A stretch of DNA of 20,622 nucleotides from Vermamoeba vermiformis. Taxonomy: Eukaryota. The notes beneath the pieces were generated by a model. The model did no database searches and was not told the origin of the DNA. It saw only the letters and a program-made list of their open reading frames with translations. The stretch is from assembly GCA_045837725.1 (NCBI GenBank), contig JBEWZL010000126.1, positions 434,001-454,622 of the forward strand, in the 5' to 3' direction. Of this stretch, positions 18,254 to 20,622 are shown piece after piece. The number at the start of each line of letters is the position of its first letter. Position 1 is the first letter of the stretch. Both the position numbers and the translations under genes were made by a program.

Positions 18254-19667
18254 ATGGAGATCGGTGAATTGGCCCAATTGTTTGAGCTTGGATCGCAGCT
18301 GTTTTCGTTGGGAAAAGACGACGAAGCATTAAAAGCGTTCGAAAAGGCCTTGAATTTATCACAACAGCATGGAGATAAGGTAACAATTGAGGTGTCACAT
18401 ATTTAATTAAAATGATTATTTGTCAATTTTAAAAAATCAATATTCTTCGAACGACTTACCATTCGTAGACAAATGTTATTATATATGAACAAAAATCCCG
18501 TATTTTTTTGCTGTATTATTATAACTGAGATCTACTGTAGGAAAGCGAGGCTAACGTACTCGTCAGCTTAGGCATGCTTCATTATTCGCAAGGAGATTTT
18601 GAAAAGAGTCTTCAGCACCATCAAAATTCAGCGAAAGTATTCAAAGAGGTAAGAGTTCTTCGTTACGATTGAAATGTTACTGATCTGTTCAATGTCAGTT
18701 AAGTAACGAGCAACAGCTGGGGCAAGCACTTAAAACAATAGGCGTGATTCAATTAGGACTGGGATTTATAGACAAAGCAGTGCATGTATTAAACATCGCG
18801 CAGACTCTGGCGACAAAAACAAACGACCAAGAGACACTAGTCGAAATTGACGACGCACTCAAAAGAGCCAATCGATTCACAAACATAATAACGCAAAAGG
18901 TACGTTATTATTTTATTTATGCTTTGCAGCTGATGGTTGCGACAGAAATTAGAACAGCCAGTTAATGGTGGCATAAAACGAAGTCTCGGTTCACCAAGTC
19001 AATTGAAGAACAAACGAGCCGTGTCTATTGTCACGTCACCAATTAACAATGACGAGAACAGTGAGCGTAAGTACAACGACCGTGGATCGAGTGGCTGGTG
19101 GCATTGTTTGACACGTGTCATCAACTAACGACATTTTCAACGCAGAACGAGCAGCAATCGAAGAACTGTTTTTAGAAGGAGTTGAGCACTTCGATGAACA
19201 GCAGTATGAACAAGCAATCATCTTATTTGAACGCGCCCTAGCATTGGCCCAGAAGATTAACGATTCCGTCAAACAAGCAGATCTACTCACTAACATTGCC
19301 GGGGCTTATTATTGCATGGAACCGTTTGGAACAGTGTAAGTATTGATTACGAATCGGGGTTTGAAGACAAAGGATCGAATAGAAGAACAAGTATTGAAAT
19401 AATTTGTAACGTGTAATAATTAGGGAGCCCAAAGTCATGCAATTATATCAACAAGCAATGCACATTTATCACACCGCAAAGAATTCGAAGGGCGAGGCAC
19501 GCGTGCTGCGGAACTTGGGCAATGTGTTTTTGAACCTCGCAAACAACAAACTCGCTGCTGAAGTGCTGTCTACTGCCGTGCAATTAGCTCACGAAGCAGG
19601 CGATAGTAATGCTGAGCAATCGGCACTCGAATTGTATAATAGAGCCAATCAGAGAATGAATTTTTAG
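18254..19667 (+). CDS. Tetratricopeptide-repeat (TPR) protein with two TPR clusters. Exons 18254-18379, 18541-18648, 18699-18899, 18946-19066, 19146-19335, 19424-19667
   Basis: TPR_12-like units ALKAFEKALNLSQQHGDKESEANVLVSLGMLHYSQGDFEKSLQHH, AIILFERALALAQKIND...ADLLTNIAGAYY and KGEARVLRNLGNVFLNL. Confidence 0.88.
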
Positions 19668-19922
19668 CTAGATCCGAAAAAATTTATGGAAACACACTCT
19701 GTCCTGCTCTGTTCTTGGTTCCTGCACGCGTGAATTTGACATTTAAAAGGCTGATAAAATCTAAGAGAACGTCGCGTGAAATTTAGAAGTCACTTTGCCT
19801 AATTTGGTAATTAATAACCAAGGCTCGCGACGGCTCCTCAGTGCTGGTACTTAAAATGATCGAATCGATTGGTCATTCTACCAATTACTACAAATTCAAC
19901 AACACAACTAATACAGCAAGCT

Positions 19923-20561
19923 ATGGGCAATTATTTTTCAAACAAACCGATTAAATCTGACTTGAGCGTTGTCGATAATGTCGATTTGACGCGTTATATT
20001 GGCAAGTGGTACGAAGTTGCACGAGTGCCTATTCCGTTAGCAGAGCCTGAGCACTCAAAGAACGTGATCGAGACGTACACTTGGAACAAAGACGATCCGA
20101 CTGTTATTGATGTCCGCACTGACATGGACGTCCACGGAAAGCACAAAATCATCACTCAGAAGTTATGGTCTGTTTCCAGCTCGAATTCTAAGCTCAAGGT
20201 AAGCATAATTATAATGCAACTAATTAGAGTTAATTTTTGTGCGCTCGAACTTTGTTTCTGAGGCTCATAAATTAGTCAATATATTTACGAAAGTGTATAA
20301 TAATTAATATAATTACAGGTACAATTTTTCTGGCCCACGAAATTGGATTACTGGATTTTGGAATTAGATGCCAATTATCAATGGGCTGTAGTGGGTCATC
20401 CAAACCGCAAATATGCTTGGATCTTGAATAGACAGCCTAAGATGGAGCGCGGTACTTACGAGACATTGACTGGCCTGTTAGAACGAAAACACGGATTTAA
20501 TGTAAAGGATCTTCAAATGACTCCGCAAGACGAGCGCCTTGATAATCCTCAAGAGGCATAA
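19923..20561 (+). CDS. Lipocalin, Blc/ApoD/TIL-like (~172 aa). Exons 19923-20198, 20319-20561
   Basis: SCR1 VDLTRYIGKWYEVARVP, KLKVQFFWP, and SCR2/3 DYWILELDANYQWAVVGHPNRKYAWILNRQP. Confidence 0.93.
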
Positions 20562-20622
20562 ATATGGTACATTTGTGTTCTTGAGGATCGATGTATATAA
20601 TTTATGTAAATAAACTGTCGAT

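Noticed and set aside
1-20622. Prokaryotic operon, CRISPR array, transposon, rRNA/tRNA, or pseudogene fragments suggested by the broken ORF track
   Set aside because: ORF fragmentation is explained by spliceosomal introns. I saw no repeat-spacer arrays, terminal repeats, transposase/RT motifs or structural RNA genes.

Overview
Gene-dense, AT-rich eukaryotic genomic DNA using the standard code. Introns are short GT-AG (mostly about 45-60 nt, with GTAAGT/GTACGT donors and CTAAC-like branch points), and one protein has a poly-Asn tract. A free-living protist, possibly an amoeba, is my inference. I spliced 12 genes by hand: a DUF1838 protein (partial), an F-box-like protein, a probably GPI-anchored CAP/PR-1 protein, a secreted CBM9/DOMON-like protein, an SMYD-like SET protein, a short eIF2-beta, a DUF1295 membrane protein, a SIR2-type multidomain protein, an MPPED-like metallophosphoesterase, a 24-exon ARM-repeat protein, a TPR protein and a Blc-like lipocalin. 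The standout is an intron-containing gene at 8421-~11623 (-). It encodes a SIR2 NADase-type domain of the bacterial-immunity class (SIR2_2/ThsA/FAM118-like) with intact motifs, apparently followed by a divergent macrodomain and a C-terminal ubiquitin-like fold. This makes it a candidate eukaryotic NAD+-depleting immune effector. Nearby, the ARM gene is built almost entirely of symmetric phase-1 exons about one repeat long. All family assignments come from motif recognition; no database searches were run.
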